NCBI GenBank assembly: GCA_013698095.1 | Contig: JACCVQ010000030.1 | Coordinates: 1-53,579 of the forward strand | DNA from: Chloroflexota bacterium | Lineage (GTDB): Bacteria; Chloroflexota; Limnocylindria; Limnocylindrales; CSP1-4 | Reading direction: 5' to 3' | DNA: 53,579 bases | In this document: positions 8,863 through 17,434 of the stretch, piece by piece | Layout of the letters: every line of letters starts with the position of its first letter | Position numbering within the stretch: position 1 is the first letter of the stretch | Position numbers and translations under genes: made by a program | The notes under the pieces: model-generated | Databases searched by the model: none | The model's input: only the letters and a program-made list of their open reading frames with translations | Told to the model about the DNA's origin: nothing

Positions 8863-9836
8863 GTCCGCACACGTGGATCGAGGGCGCCGTAGATCAGGTC
8901 GGCCGCGAGGTTGGCGAGGACCACCGACACGCCCAGGAGCAGGAACACGCCCTGCAGGACCGGGTAGTCGCGGGCCGTCAGGGCCTCCACGGCGAGCGTC
9001 CCGAGGCCGGGCCAGTTGAACACGACCTCGACGGTGATGGCGCCGGCCACCACGTAGCCAAGGTTGATCGCGATCAGCGAGACGGTCGGGAGGAGGGCGT
9101 TCGGCAGGGCGTGGCGACCCAGGATCCGGCCCTCACGCAGGCCCATGGCCCGAGCCGTCGTGACGTAGTCCTCGGACAGGGTCTCGACGATCGATGAACG
9201 CATGACGATCGCGTACTGGCCCACGAGCCCGAGAGACACGGTCGCCAGCGGCAACGCCAGATGGGCGATGAAGTCGAGGAACCGTGCCCACGGGTCCGGG
9301 TACTGCATCCCCGCGGTCAACATCCCGAACGTCGGGAACCAGCGCAGCGTCGTCGCGAAGATCAGGAGGAAGGCCATCCCGAGCAGGAAGTAGGGCGTGG
9401 AGTAGAGAATGAGCGAAACACTGTTGCCGACATGGTCGATCGGCCCTCCTCTCCGCCAGCCGGTGTACGCCCCGAGGGCCAGCCCGAGCAGGATCGCGAC
9501 GAGCTCGCCGAGTCCGAACAGGATGACCGTCGGCCAGATCCGCTGGGCCAGGACGTCGGTCACAGTCCGGCCGCGGGCGATGAACGAATACCCCAGATCA
9601 CCCCGGACGGTCGACCCGAGGTAGGCAACGAACTGATCCGGGAAGACCGGTTTGTCCAGTCCCCAGCGCACGCGAGCCGCCTGAAGCTGGGCCTGGGTGA
9701 CGTTCGGTGTGCCGCGCAGGATCACTCGCTCGGGCGAGCCCGGCATCGCCCGGAAGAGGACGAAGTTCACGATCGTGATCAAAGCGATCGTGATGAACGC
9801 GGACGCGAGGCGTCGCGTCAGGTAGCCGCCCCTCAC
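8859..9836 (-). CDS. ABC transporter permease (OppB/DppB-like)
   Basis: N-terminus MRGGYLTRRLASAFITIALITIVNFVLFR is typical of OppB/DppB. Also EDYVTTARAMGL. Confidence 0.9.
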   Translation of the reverse strand: MRGGYLTRRLASAFITIALITIVNFVLFRAMPGSPERVILRGTPNVTQAQLQAARVRWGLDKPVFPDQFVAYLGSTVRGDLGYSFIARGRTVTDVLAQRIWPTVILFGLGELVAILLGLALGAYTGWRRGGPIDHVGNSVSLILYSTPYFLLGMAFLLIFATTLRWFPTFGMLTAGMQYPDPWARFLDFIAHLALPLATVSLGLVGQYAIVMRSSIVETLSEDYVTTARAMGLREGRILGRHALPNALLPTVSLIAINLGYVVAGAITVEVVFNWPGLGTLAVEALTARDYPVLQGVFLLLGVSVVLANLAADLIYGALDPRVRT

Positions 9837-9899
9837 CGCTCCCGAACCCTCGGCCGGCTTGCCATCGGGGTCGGGTCAGGCCGACCGGGCGGCCGAGCT

Positions 9900-9923
9900 G
9901 GGGAGCGCCGGATGACGCTCCCC
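9900..9923 (-). terminator. Intercistronic stem-loop between the binding-protein and permease genes
   Basis: GGGGAGCG (9900-9907) pairs perfectly with CGCTCCCC (9916-9923) around an 8-nt loop. It lies 46 nt downstream of the binding-protein stop. No U tract follows. Confidence 0.35.
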
Positions 9924-9969
9924 TGCCGTTGACGGGGACGGCTGCCGGAGGCCGCGCCGCCCGCCGCTG

Positions 9970-11913
9970 TCATTCCTCCTCGACCCTCCGGTTGCGGCCG
10001 CGCATGATGACGAGGCCGACCACGACGATGATCACCAGGGCGAGGACCCCAAGGATCAGCGGCAACGACGAGTTCGATGAGCTCGCTGGCGTCGGGCTCG
10101 GCGTGGCCGAGGCCGCCTGGCTGGCGCCAGCGCTGGCGCCCGTGCCTGCGCTGCCTGTCGCGGCCGAGGCGTCTGCCGACGGCGCGGGCGACGGTTGCGC
10201 CGAGGCATCGGTCAGGAGCGTGTATCCGCGCGACCCATATCCGAACAGGGGCGTCCCGCCGACCGATGGCTGGTTCGTCCAGCCACCGAACTTGTCGGTC
10301 CGATAGGCGTGGAGCTCGGCGTCGTAGTAGAGGATGTGGTACGGCGCCTCGTCATAGACGAGGTTCTGCATCTCGGCGAGGATCCCCTTGCGGGTGGCTT
10401 CGTCCGATTCGGCTCGCTGCTTCAGGAACAGCTCGTCGTACTTCGGGCTGTTGTAGTAGCTGTCGCTGGCCCCGCCGATCTCCTCGCTCCTGAAGAAGTT
10501 CAGGAGCGAGTTCGGGTCGGGGTCGCCCACCCAACCCCACATGTAGATGTCGTAGTTGGCCGGGCCGTTCGGCGGGCCGGTGACATCGTCGATCAGCTTG
10601 CCTTCCTCGGTGACCGCGGCAGTCACCGTGACGCCGAGCTGGCCGAACCACTCGACGAGGAATTGGGCGTTTGTCGCGTTCTCGGACTCCGAATCGGGCC
10701 AGGTCAGTCGGAGGTTGATGACCTTGCCGTCCTTGTCGAGCCGCTTGTTGCTCGCGTCCAGCTTGTAACCCGCCGCGTCGAGGCGACGCTTTGCCTCCTC
10801 GATGTCGAAGGTCCGAGCCTTGGCCGGCTCGACGTGCCAGCGGGTGTGGAACGGCGGGATGATCGTCGAGCCCGCGGTGCCGTAGCCGCCGAGAGTCGAA
10901 TCCACGAGCTTCTGCTTGTCGATTGCATAGCCGAGCGCGTCGCGGAACGCGACGTCGGCGAGCGCCGAGGTGGAGCCGCCGTAGCCTTTCTTGTTTCCGC
11001 CGGTGTTGAACGACAGCTCGCTGTAGCCGTTGGCGACGCCTTCGACCGTCGCGACGTTGGGCTCCGATTTCAAGGCGTTGAACTGGTCGGCGAGGACGCC
11101 CCGGGCGTAGTCGATCTCGCCGGTCTTCAGAGCCTGGACCATGGTGTCCGTGCTCGCGAACTTCTGCATGATGATCTCGTCGACCGCGCCCTGGGTGCCC
11201 CAGTAGTTCGGGTTCTTCGCGAACCGGATGAACTCGCCGGGCTTCCACTCGACCGCCTGGAAGGGGCCTGTGCCCACGACGCTCGGCTCATTGAGGAAGG
11301 CAGTCGCACCCGTGGCGTTGGCGATCTCGTCCATCGTGTACTTCGACCAGATGTGCTTTGGCAGGATCGGAACGTAGGCCTGGAGGAGGAGCGTGTTGGC
11401 AAACTCGGTGGTGACCGTCACCGTCGTCGGATTGATCGCCTCGACCTTCGTCACCCCGGCATTGGTCAGGTACGGCTCGAGATAGCCCTGGCCGAGGTAG
11501 TAGCCGTCCGCCGATGCATCGCTCTTCGCGACCGCGTCCAGGACGAGCTGATACGTCCAGCGGACATCCTCGGCGGTGGCGGGCTGGCCATCTGACCACT
11601 TCATGTCAGGCCGGATCTTGAAGGTCCAGAACTTGCCGTCGGTCGACGTCGTCCAGGACTCGGCGAAGCCCGGCACGGGCTCGAGGTCCGGCCCGAAGTT
11701 GACGAGCAGGTCGTAGTTGAGGGTGTAGACCTCGAAGTCGGCCACGACGACCGAGTTCCACGGGTTCAGGACCTGGAGATCCTGATCCGTTCCGGTCTTG
11801 AGGATCAGATCGCCTTCGGCGGCGGTGACCGACCCGCCGGGCACGATCGTCGACAGGATCAACCCGCCGGCGACGAGCGCCCGAGCGAGTCGGGGGCGCA
11901 AGGGTTGTCGCAT
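9970..11913 (-). CDS. Family-5 (peptide/nickel) ABC substrate-binding protein with a C-terminal Ser/Ala/Pro linker and TM anchor
   Basis: ATG at 11913 preceded by GAGGAGGAG. Signal-like N-terminus (LVAGGLILSTIVPGGSVTAAEG). Long SBP_bac_5-like body. The C-terminus is ...SSLPLILGVLALVIIVVVGLVIMRGRNRR. Confidence 0.9.
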   Translation of the reverse strand: MRQPLRPRLARALVAGGLILSTIVPGGSVTAAEGDLILKTGTDQDLQVLNPWNSVVVADFEVYTLNYDLLVNFGPDLEPVPGFAESWTTSTDGKFWTFKIRPDMKWSDGQPATAEDVRWTYQLVLDAVAKSDASADGYYLGQGYLEPYLTNAGVTKVEAINPTTVTVTTEFANTLLLQAYVPILPKHIWSKYTMDEIANATGATAFLNEPSVVGTGPFQAVEWKPGEFIRFAKNPNYWGTQGAVDEIIMQKFASTDTMVQALKTGEIDYARGVLADQFNALKSEPNVATVEGVANGYSELSFNTGGNKKGYGGSTSALADVAFRDALGYAIDKQKLVDSTLGGYGTAGSTIIPPFHTRWHVEPAKARTFDIEEAKRRLDAAGYKLDASNKRLDKDGKVINLRLTWPDSESENATNAQFLVEWFGQLGVTVTAAVTEEGKLIDDVTGPPNGPANYDIYMWGWVGDPDPNSLLNFFRSEEIGGASDSYYNSPKYDELFLKQRAESDEATRKGILAEMQNLVYDEAPYHILYYDAELHAYRTDKFGGWTNQPSVGGTPLFGYGSRGYTLLTDASAQPSPAPSADASAATGSAGTGASAGASQAASATPSPTPASSSNSSLPLILGVLALVIIVVVGLVIMRGRNRRVEEE

Positions 11914-12080
11914 GTCTCCTCCTCGTTGGCCCGCGACCCGGGTCGGCGGGCACTCGCGTCTTTCGCGTCCCCTCGCGAAGTGGCCGGAACTGTCGCACGG
12001 TCGGACGGCGAGGTGCAGCGTCGGCTCGCATCGTGGGTCATCCGGGGGTGGCCCGTGGCGGTATCGCCGTCGGTCCGCCG

Positions 12081-13043
12081 TCAATCGGTGGTCACCACCT
12101 CCTCGACGATCAGCGTGCCGGCGTCGCCGTCCAGGGTCGCCAGGGCGCCGAGCGGGACGGTCGCGTGATGCTTGTTGTGGCCGATGGGCAAGCCGAAGAT
12201 CAGGGGCAGACCGAGGGGCGCAAGGACCTCCTCGACGATGTCCTCGGCCGACAATTCCGCGATCCCGCCCGACCACTTCGCCTTGATGTCGCCCACAACG
12301 ATCCCGGCCGCGCCATCGAACATGCCTGCGTTCCGGAGCTGGGTCAGGATCCCGTCGTGGACGTAGCCCTCGTTGTCGATCTCTTCGAGGATGACGATCC
12401 GGCCTCGGAAGTCGGGCTGGAGGCGGGTCCCGATGGCGCTGCTCAGGAGCCCGGCGCAGCCGCCGGTCAGCCGGCCGGTGGCACGCCCGCCGACGACCGT
12501 CCGGACGTAGGGATCGTCCGGGTTCGGGCCGATCAGGCCGTACGGCTCGTCACTGAAGAGGGCGCGCTTCAACGACGCCTTCGAGAACTCCGTGACCTCC
12601 GGTGAGCCGATCCCGGTCACGCCGTTGGCATAGAAGGTGATCACGTTGGCCCACGCCTGCTGGGCGAGGTGGAGCGTGGTCAGGTCGCTGTAGCCGCACA
12701 GGATCTTGGGGTTGTTGCGGAACACCGCCTCGTCCAGGAGCGGGATGAGGCGCGGCGTGCCGTAGCCGCCCTGGAGGCACATGACGGCCGCGATGTCGGG
12801 ATCCTCGAGGGCCGCGTGGAGGTCGGCGGCGCGATCGGCGTCCGTCCCGGCCATGTAGCCGTGGCGATCGTTGACGTGGGCCCCGAGGCGGACCTCCAGG
12901 CCCCACGACTCCAGGCCGGCGATCCCGCGCAGGAGCTCGCTCCGGTTCTCCCAGCTGCTTGCCGGCGCGACGACCGAGACGGTGTCGCCTGAGCGAAGGC
13001 GGCGCGGCTTGCGCGGTGCGGCGGCGGCGTCGCGGCTGCTCAT
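12081..13043 (-). CDS. ldcA: LD-carboxypeptidase (peptidase S66, muramoyl-tetrapeptide carboxypeptidase)
   Basis: GDTVSVVAPAS, GTDADRAADLHAAL, CLQGGYG, and GYSDLTTLH (catalytic Ser context). Confidence 0.88.
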   Translation of the reverse strand: MSSRDAAAAPRKPRRLRSGDTVSVVAPASSWENRSELLRGIAGLESWGLEVRLGAHVNDRHGYMAGTDADRAADLHAALEDPDIAAVMCLQGGYGTPRLIPLLDEAVFRNNPKILCGYSDLTTLHLAQQAWANVITFYANGVTGIGSPEVTEFSKASLKRALFSDEPYGLIGPNPDDPYVRTVVGGRATGRLTGGCAGLLSSAIGTRLQPDFRGRIVILEEIDNEGYVHDGILTQLRNAGMFDGAAGIVVGDIKAKWSGGIAELSAEDIVEEVLAPLGLPLIFGLPIGHNKHHATVPLGALATLDGDAGTLIVEEVVTTD

Positions 13044-13050
13044 CGGACCG

Positions 13051-14229
13051 TCATACCAGGTAGCTCGTCATGGGGTTCGCCTCGCGGAGGATCGGTCGGT
13101 CGATGGTGAAGCGCTCGAGCTCGCCGGCCGACGGGCTCGCGCCGTCGAGGACGAGCTCGCTGAGGACGCGCCCGAGGACCGACGCGAACTTGTAGGCGTG
13201 GGCCGCACCGAGCACGACGTGGACGCCGGGCACGTCCGGCAGGCGATCGACGACGAAATCGCGGTCGGGGGTCAGCGTATAGAGGCACGTCTTCGTGTAG
13301 ATCTCGCGGCCGACGTGCTCCGGCAGGTGACGCTCGAGGAAGTCGGTCAGGCGCCGGAACCCGACGTCGTTCCGCTCGAACGTCCGGGTCGCCGGAGTCA
13401 CCTCGTCGCCGTCGACGTCCTCGGCCGCCTTGGGACCCGCTTCGCCGTAGGTCGGAAAGCCGTAGAAGGACGGGTCGTCCATCCAGATCCAGATCGGGAA
13501 GCGGTCCGGAGCGAACAGGGCCGGGTCGGGTGGGGCGAAGTACGTGACCTGGGCCTGGAGGATCGACAGCGGGAGTCGGCGGTCAAAGGACCGAAGGAGA
13601 TCGTTCGTCCAGGCGTCGGCGGCGAGGACCACGTGGGGCGCGGAATGGATCGCGCCGTTGGCCAACTCGACCTCGATCGTGCCGTCCGGGCGGGCCCCGA
13701 GACGCGTGACCGGGGCGTGCTCGAGGAGCGTCGCGCCGCGCTCGCGGGCGAGCCGCTGGTGGGCGGCGTTGCCGCGGTTCGGATCGGCGATGCCGGCGTC
13801 AGCCTGGAAGAGACCGTGGTGCTCATCGCCGAGGCGCCATTGCGGCCAGCGCCGGCTGATCTCCAGGCCATCGAGGTGCTCGTACGGGACGTCCTCGGCG
13901 GTCATCGCCGCGGCATAGTCGGCGAGCGGGATGGCGCCGTCACGCGGGCCGATGTCGAGCCCTCCGGTCCGCGTCACGATCCGGGTCCCGCTCTCATCCT
14001 CGACCTCCGCCCAGCTCTCGTACGCACGCCGGGCAAGGCGGACGTACTCGGGTCGGTGATAGGACAGGCGGATGATCCGGCTGTGATCCTGGCCCGCTCC
14101 ATTGGAGTGGCCGAGCTCGAACTGCTCGAGGCCCAGGACACGGTCGCCGAGCCGCCGACTCAGCCAGTAGGCCGCGCCGGAGCCAATGGCCCCGAGACCG
14201 ATCACGATGGAATCCCAATCGTTCCGCAC
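13051..14229 (-). CDS. FAD-dependent sarcosine/N-methyltryptophan oxidase-like oxidoreductase
   Basis: Dinucleotide-binding IVIGLGAIGSGAAY followed by GHSNGAGQDHSRIIR. The ORF is open to 14295; GTG at 14229 is the start closest to the Rossmann motif. Confidence 0.85.
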   Translation of the reverse strand: MRNDWDSIVIGLGAIGSGAAYWLSRRLGDRVLGLEQFELGHSNGAGQDHSRIIRLSYHRPEYVRLARRAYESWAEVEDESGTRIVTRTGGLDIGPRDGAIPLADYAAAMTAEDVPYEHLDGLEISRRWPQWRLGDEHHGLFQADAGIADPNRGNAAHQRLARERGATLLEHAPVTRLGARPDGTIEVELANGAIHSAPHVVLAADAWTNDLLRSFDRRLPLSILQAQVTYFAPPDPALFAPDRFPIWIWMDDPSFYGFPTYGEAGPKAAEDVDGDEVTPATRTFERNDVGFRRLTDFLERHLPEHVGREIYTKTCLYTLTPDRDFVVDRLPDVPGVHVVLGAAHAYKFASVLGRVLSELVLDGASPSAGELERFTIDRPILREANPMTSYLV

Positions 14230-14364
14230 ATCGGCGATCGTAGCCGTGGGCGGCGCTGCGGCGCATCGCCGTCGCGCAGTCCGAGCGTTGCACACCCCGA
14301 CCTCGCGCTGCGTCGGGCCACACGTCTGATGGACGTCTCAGGCTTCGTGCGCCATCATGTGCGC

Positions 14365-14625
14365 ATGAACGTGCGCACGAACCTGCTCCTCCCGAAAGAT
14401 CTCGTCGAAGAGGTCGACCATTTCGCCGGCCAGCGCGGCCGGAGTCGGTATGTGGCCGAGGCACTCCGAGCGCGACTCAAGAGGGATCGCCTCAAGGAGG
14501 CGATGGCGCAGACGGCAGGCGTGCTACGCCCGGAGGACTACCCCGAGTGGTCCACGTCGGCGAAGGTCGTCGAGTGGGTCCGCGCTCGACGCGCGGAAAC
14601 CACGGATTCCGGACCGGAGGCCTGA
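14365..14625 (+). CDS. vapB: Ribbon-helix-helix antitoxin
   Basis: MNVRTNLLLPKDLVEEVDHFAG...SRYVAEALRARL is an RHH-like N-terminus. The stop lies 1 nt before the PIN gene start. Confidence 0.8.
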   Translation: MNVRTNLLLPKDLVEEVDHFAGQRGRSRYVAEALRARLKRDRLKEAMAQTAGVLRPEDYPEWSTSAKVVEWVRARRAETTDSGPEA

Positions 14626-14626
14626 C

Positions 14627-15007
14627 ATGCGTCTTGTGCTCGACTCGACGTTTCTGATCGACCACCTTCGAGGCGAGGATGAGGCCGTTGATGAGCTGGC
14701 CAGTATCTTCGAAAACGGCGACGAGCCGATCGTCACGGAAGTCATCGTCTGCGAGGTCAGGGCCGGGTTGCTCCCGGACGCCGAGCGTCATCTTGTCGCC
14801 CTGCTCGAGCCGATGGACTTCGTCCAGCCCGATCCCGCGACGGCGATGCGAGCCGGTCGGTGGCGCGCCGAGTTGCGTGCTCGTGGACGGACGCTGAGCC
14901 TGGCCGACTCGCTCATCGCCGCGGCCGCCGATTCGATGGGAGCGACGGTGCTGACCCGGAACGTGCGGGACTTCTCCTTGACGCCCGTCCCCGTGAAAAC
15001 CTACTGA
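14627..15007 (+). CDS. vapC: PIN-domain ribonuclease toxin
   Basis: Conserved acidic positions in LVLDSTFLID, TEVIVCEV, LADSLIAAAA and TRNVRDF. Confidence 0.88.
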   Translation: MRLVLDSTFLIDHLRGEDEAVDELASIFENGDEPIVTEVIVCEVRAGLLPDAERHLVALLEPMDFVQPDPATAMRAGRWRAELRARGRTLSLADSLIAAAADSMGATVLTRNVRDFSLTPVPVKTY

Positions 15008-15690
15008 GCCGGGGCGTACTCGCGCATCTCCACCAGCTCGACCCGGCCGCCGATCTCGATCGTCCCGTCGGGCTGCGGGCGGACCAGGATCTCGGAGCCC
15101 ACGCCCTGGCGGATCATGATCGGCCGGCCGATCAGGTGGCCCATCAGCACGGCGGCCGCGCCCGTCGCCTCGTCCTCGAGGATCCCGACGTCGGTCGCGA
15201 AGTAGCGTGCACGGAGGACTCCCGCATCCTCGTCGATCCAGGCCCAGACGTAGCGACCCAATGCGCCCATCTCCTGGCCCGGGCTCGCCTCCACGTCGGC
15301 GGCCGACGCGAGCTGGTCGACCCGGATCGGGTGGACCCATTCGGGACGCGCCCGGATCCAAGTCCGCTCCGCGTCGTGACGGACGGGCACGTCGCCGGCG
15401 GGCGGCCGGAGGGTCGTCGCGGGCGCGCCGGTCTCGCGCAGGAGCCAGCCGATGCCCACCAAGGGGTGGCCCGCGAAGGGCAGCTCCCGGCCCGGCGTGA
15501 AGATCCGGACTGCTCCCTCGGCGGCGTCATCGACAAAGACCGTCTCGGAGAACCCGAGGTCGACCGCGACGGCCTGACGACGGTCGATCGAGATGACGGC
15601 GCCATCGAGGAAGACACCGAGCGGGTTGCCGCCGCGCCCATCCGGGCCGACGAAGACGCGCAGGACGTGGAGCCTGGTCGAGGCCGTCAT
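15001..15690 (-). CDS. PhzF-family isomerase-like protein
   Basis: 229 aa starting MTASTRLHVLRVFVGPDGRGGNPLGVF, with EDEATGAAA near the C-terminal half. 4-nt overlap with the Nudix gene. Confidence 0.75.
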   Translation of the reverse strand: MTASTRLHVLRVFVGPDGRGGNPLGVFLDGAVISIDRRQAVAVDLGFSETVFVDDAAEGAVRIFTPGRELPFAGHPLVGIGWLLRETGAPATTLRPPAGDVPVRHDAERTWIRARPEWVHPIRVDQLASAADVEASPGQEMGALGRYVWAWIDEDAGVLRARYFATDVGILEDEATGAAAVLMGHLIGRPIMIRQGVGSEILVRPQPDGTIEIGGRVELVEMREYAPAQ

Positions 15691-16292
15691 GAGGGATCCC
15701 CTCCTCCTGTTTGTGTGGCCCAGGCGCGGTCGAGGGCGAGCCGCTGCAGGCCGATGATCGTGATCGCGTCGGTGATCCGGCCGTCCGCGGTCATCGCGAG
15801 CGCATCGTCGAACGGCAACCAGCGCACCGCGAGCTCCTCCGACTCCTCGGGCGTTGCCTGACCGTGGCTCGTCGCGTGGGCCGCGAATACGACGCCGGCC
15901 TCGTCGCTGACCGAGTTGGACAAGTGGAACCGGGCGACCTCGCGCCAGTCGTCGGCCTCCACCCCGGTCTCTTCCCGGAGCTCGCGCCGGGCACCCTCGA
16001 GCAGGCCCTCGGCCTGGGCCACGCCACCCTCCGGGATCTCCCATGAGTACTCGTCGATGGTGTACCGGTGCTGGCCGACGAGGAGGACGTTGTCGTGGTC
16101 GTCGAGGACGACGACACCGGCGGCCCGGTTCTGGAAGTGGACGACACCGTAGATGCCGGGGCTGCGGTCGGGCCGGGTGACCTCGTCGTGCCAGACGGTC
16201 ACCCACGGATTCTGGTACGCGACGCGGCGCGATCGACGGAGCCATGGACCGACAGCGGTTGCGGGCTCGAGCGGTTCGGACATCGCCGTCAT
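15687..16292 (-). CDS. Nudix hydrolase (ADP-ribose pyrophosphatase-like)
   Basis: Nudix box GGVAQAEGLLEGARRELREETGV. ATG at 16292. Confidence 0.88.
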   Translation of the reverse strand: MTAMSEPLEPATAVGPWLRRSRRVAYQNPWVTVWHDEVTRPDRSPGIYGVVHFQNRAAGVVVLDDHDNVLLVGQHRYTIDEYSWEIPEGGVAQAEGLLEGARRELREETGVEADDWREVARFHLSNSVSDEAGVVFAAHATSHGQATPEESEELAVRWLPFDDALAMTADGRITDAITIIGLQRLALDRAWATQTGGGDPS

Positions 16293-16382
16293 CGTCGCAC
16301 GGGCGCCCGCGAGCGTCCGCGACCATCCGCGTGCGAGACGCGCGCCCAGGCCGCACCATGGGTCGGCCCTCCTGAGGTCACC

Positions 16383-17375
16383 ATGCACCGAGCCCCGATC
16401 CTCCTTGGCGCTGCCGCTGCCACGATCACCGTGGCTGTCGTCGGATACGGCATTGCCAGCGTGATCGTGTACGAGCGGCTCACGACGATCGGGCCGTGCC
16501 CAGGAGCGTGGGGCGCGAACAACCCGAGCCATTTCTCCATGAACGGGCCGGACGGTGCGCCGCTGGCTGGTCACGACGACTTCGACACGGCCCCGTACCT
16601 GATGCCATCCCCCGAGGATGTCCGAATCCGCAGTCGCACCGCGGGGATCGAGCTCGCCGGCTGGTTCGTTGCCGCTCCGGACCCCGGCGCGCCGGTCGTT
16701 GTCGTCGTCCACGGTCGCGGCGCCTGCCGGCGCGACCCGACCGCGCTCCTGCCAGCCGGCATGCTCCATCGCAATGGTTTCGCGGTCCTCATGGTCGACC
16801 TCCGCGAGCACGGTGAGTCGACGATCGAGGACGGCCACTTCGCAGCCGGGACCGAGGAGTATCAGGACATCCTCGGTGCCTGGGACTGGCTCCGGACGAC
16901 GAGGTCCGTCGCGCCGGATCGGATCGGGCTCGCAGGGGTTTCGCTCGGTGCTGCCACGGCCCTGATCGCTGCGGGTCGCGAGCCTGGCGTGGCCGGCGTG
17001 TGGGCGGACTCGAGCCACGCTGACCTGCCCGAGTTCATCCGCGACGAGCTCGCTCGCCAGGGGTATCCGACGTTCCTCGACATCGGCGCCGTCGTGGCCG
17101 GGCGGATCCTCCATGGAGACGACCTCGCTGCGGTGAGCCCGTCGGACAGCGTGCGCGAGCTCGCCGGACGGCAGCTCTTCATCACGCACGGCGAGGCGGA
17201 TGTCGTGGTCGATGTCCGGCACGGTCGCGCGCTCGTCGCCGCTGCCCACGCGAGCGGCGCAACGCCAGAGACGTGGTTCGTGCCGGGATCTGGCCACACC
17301 CTGGCGATGGTCGACCAGGCCTCCGAGTACGAGCGCCGGATCGTGGCGTTCTTCCGGATTGCGCTTCGGCGGTGA
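16383..17375 (+). CDS. Membrane-anchored alpha/beta hydrolase
   Basis: N-terminal TM segment ILLGAAAATITVAVVGYGIASVIV, nucleophile elbow GVSLGA, and a late GSGH motif. Confidence 0.8.
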   Translation: MHRAPILLGAAAATITVAVVGYGIASVIVYERLTTIGPCPGAWGANNPSHFSMNGPDGAPLAGHDDFDTAPYLMPSPEDVRIRSRTAGIELAGWFVAAPDPGAPVVVVVHGRGACRRDPTALLPAGMLHRNGFAVLMVDLREHGESTIEDGHFAAGTEEYQDILGAWDWLRTTRSVAPDRIGLAGVSLGAATALIAAGREPGVAGVWADSSHADLPEFIRDELARQGYPTFLDIGAVVAGRILHGDDLAAVSPSDSVRELAGRQLFITHGEADVVVDVRHGRALVAAAHASGATPETWFVPGSGHTLAMVDQASEYERRIVAFFRIALRR

Positions 17376-17434
17376 GTCGCGCAGAGCGCGGTTGGGGGCA
17401 GGGAGCATCCCCGGTTGGCTCTAGACTCGGCTCC

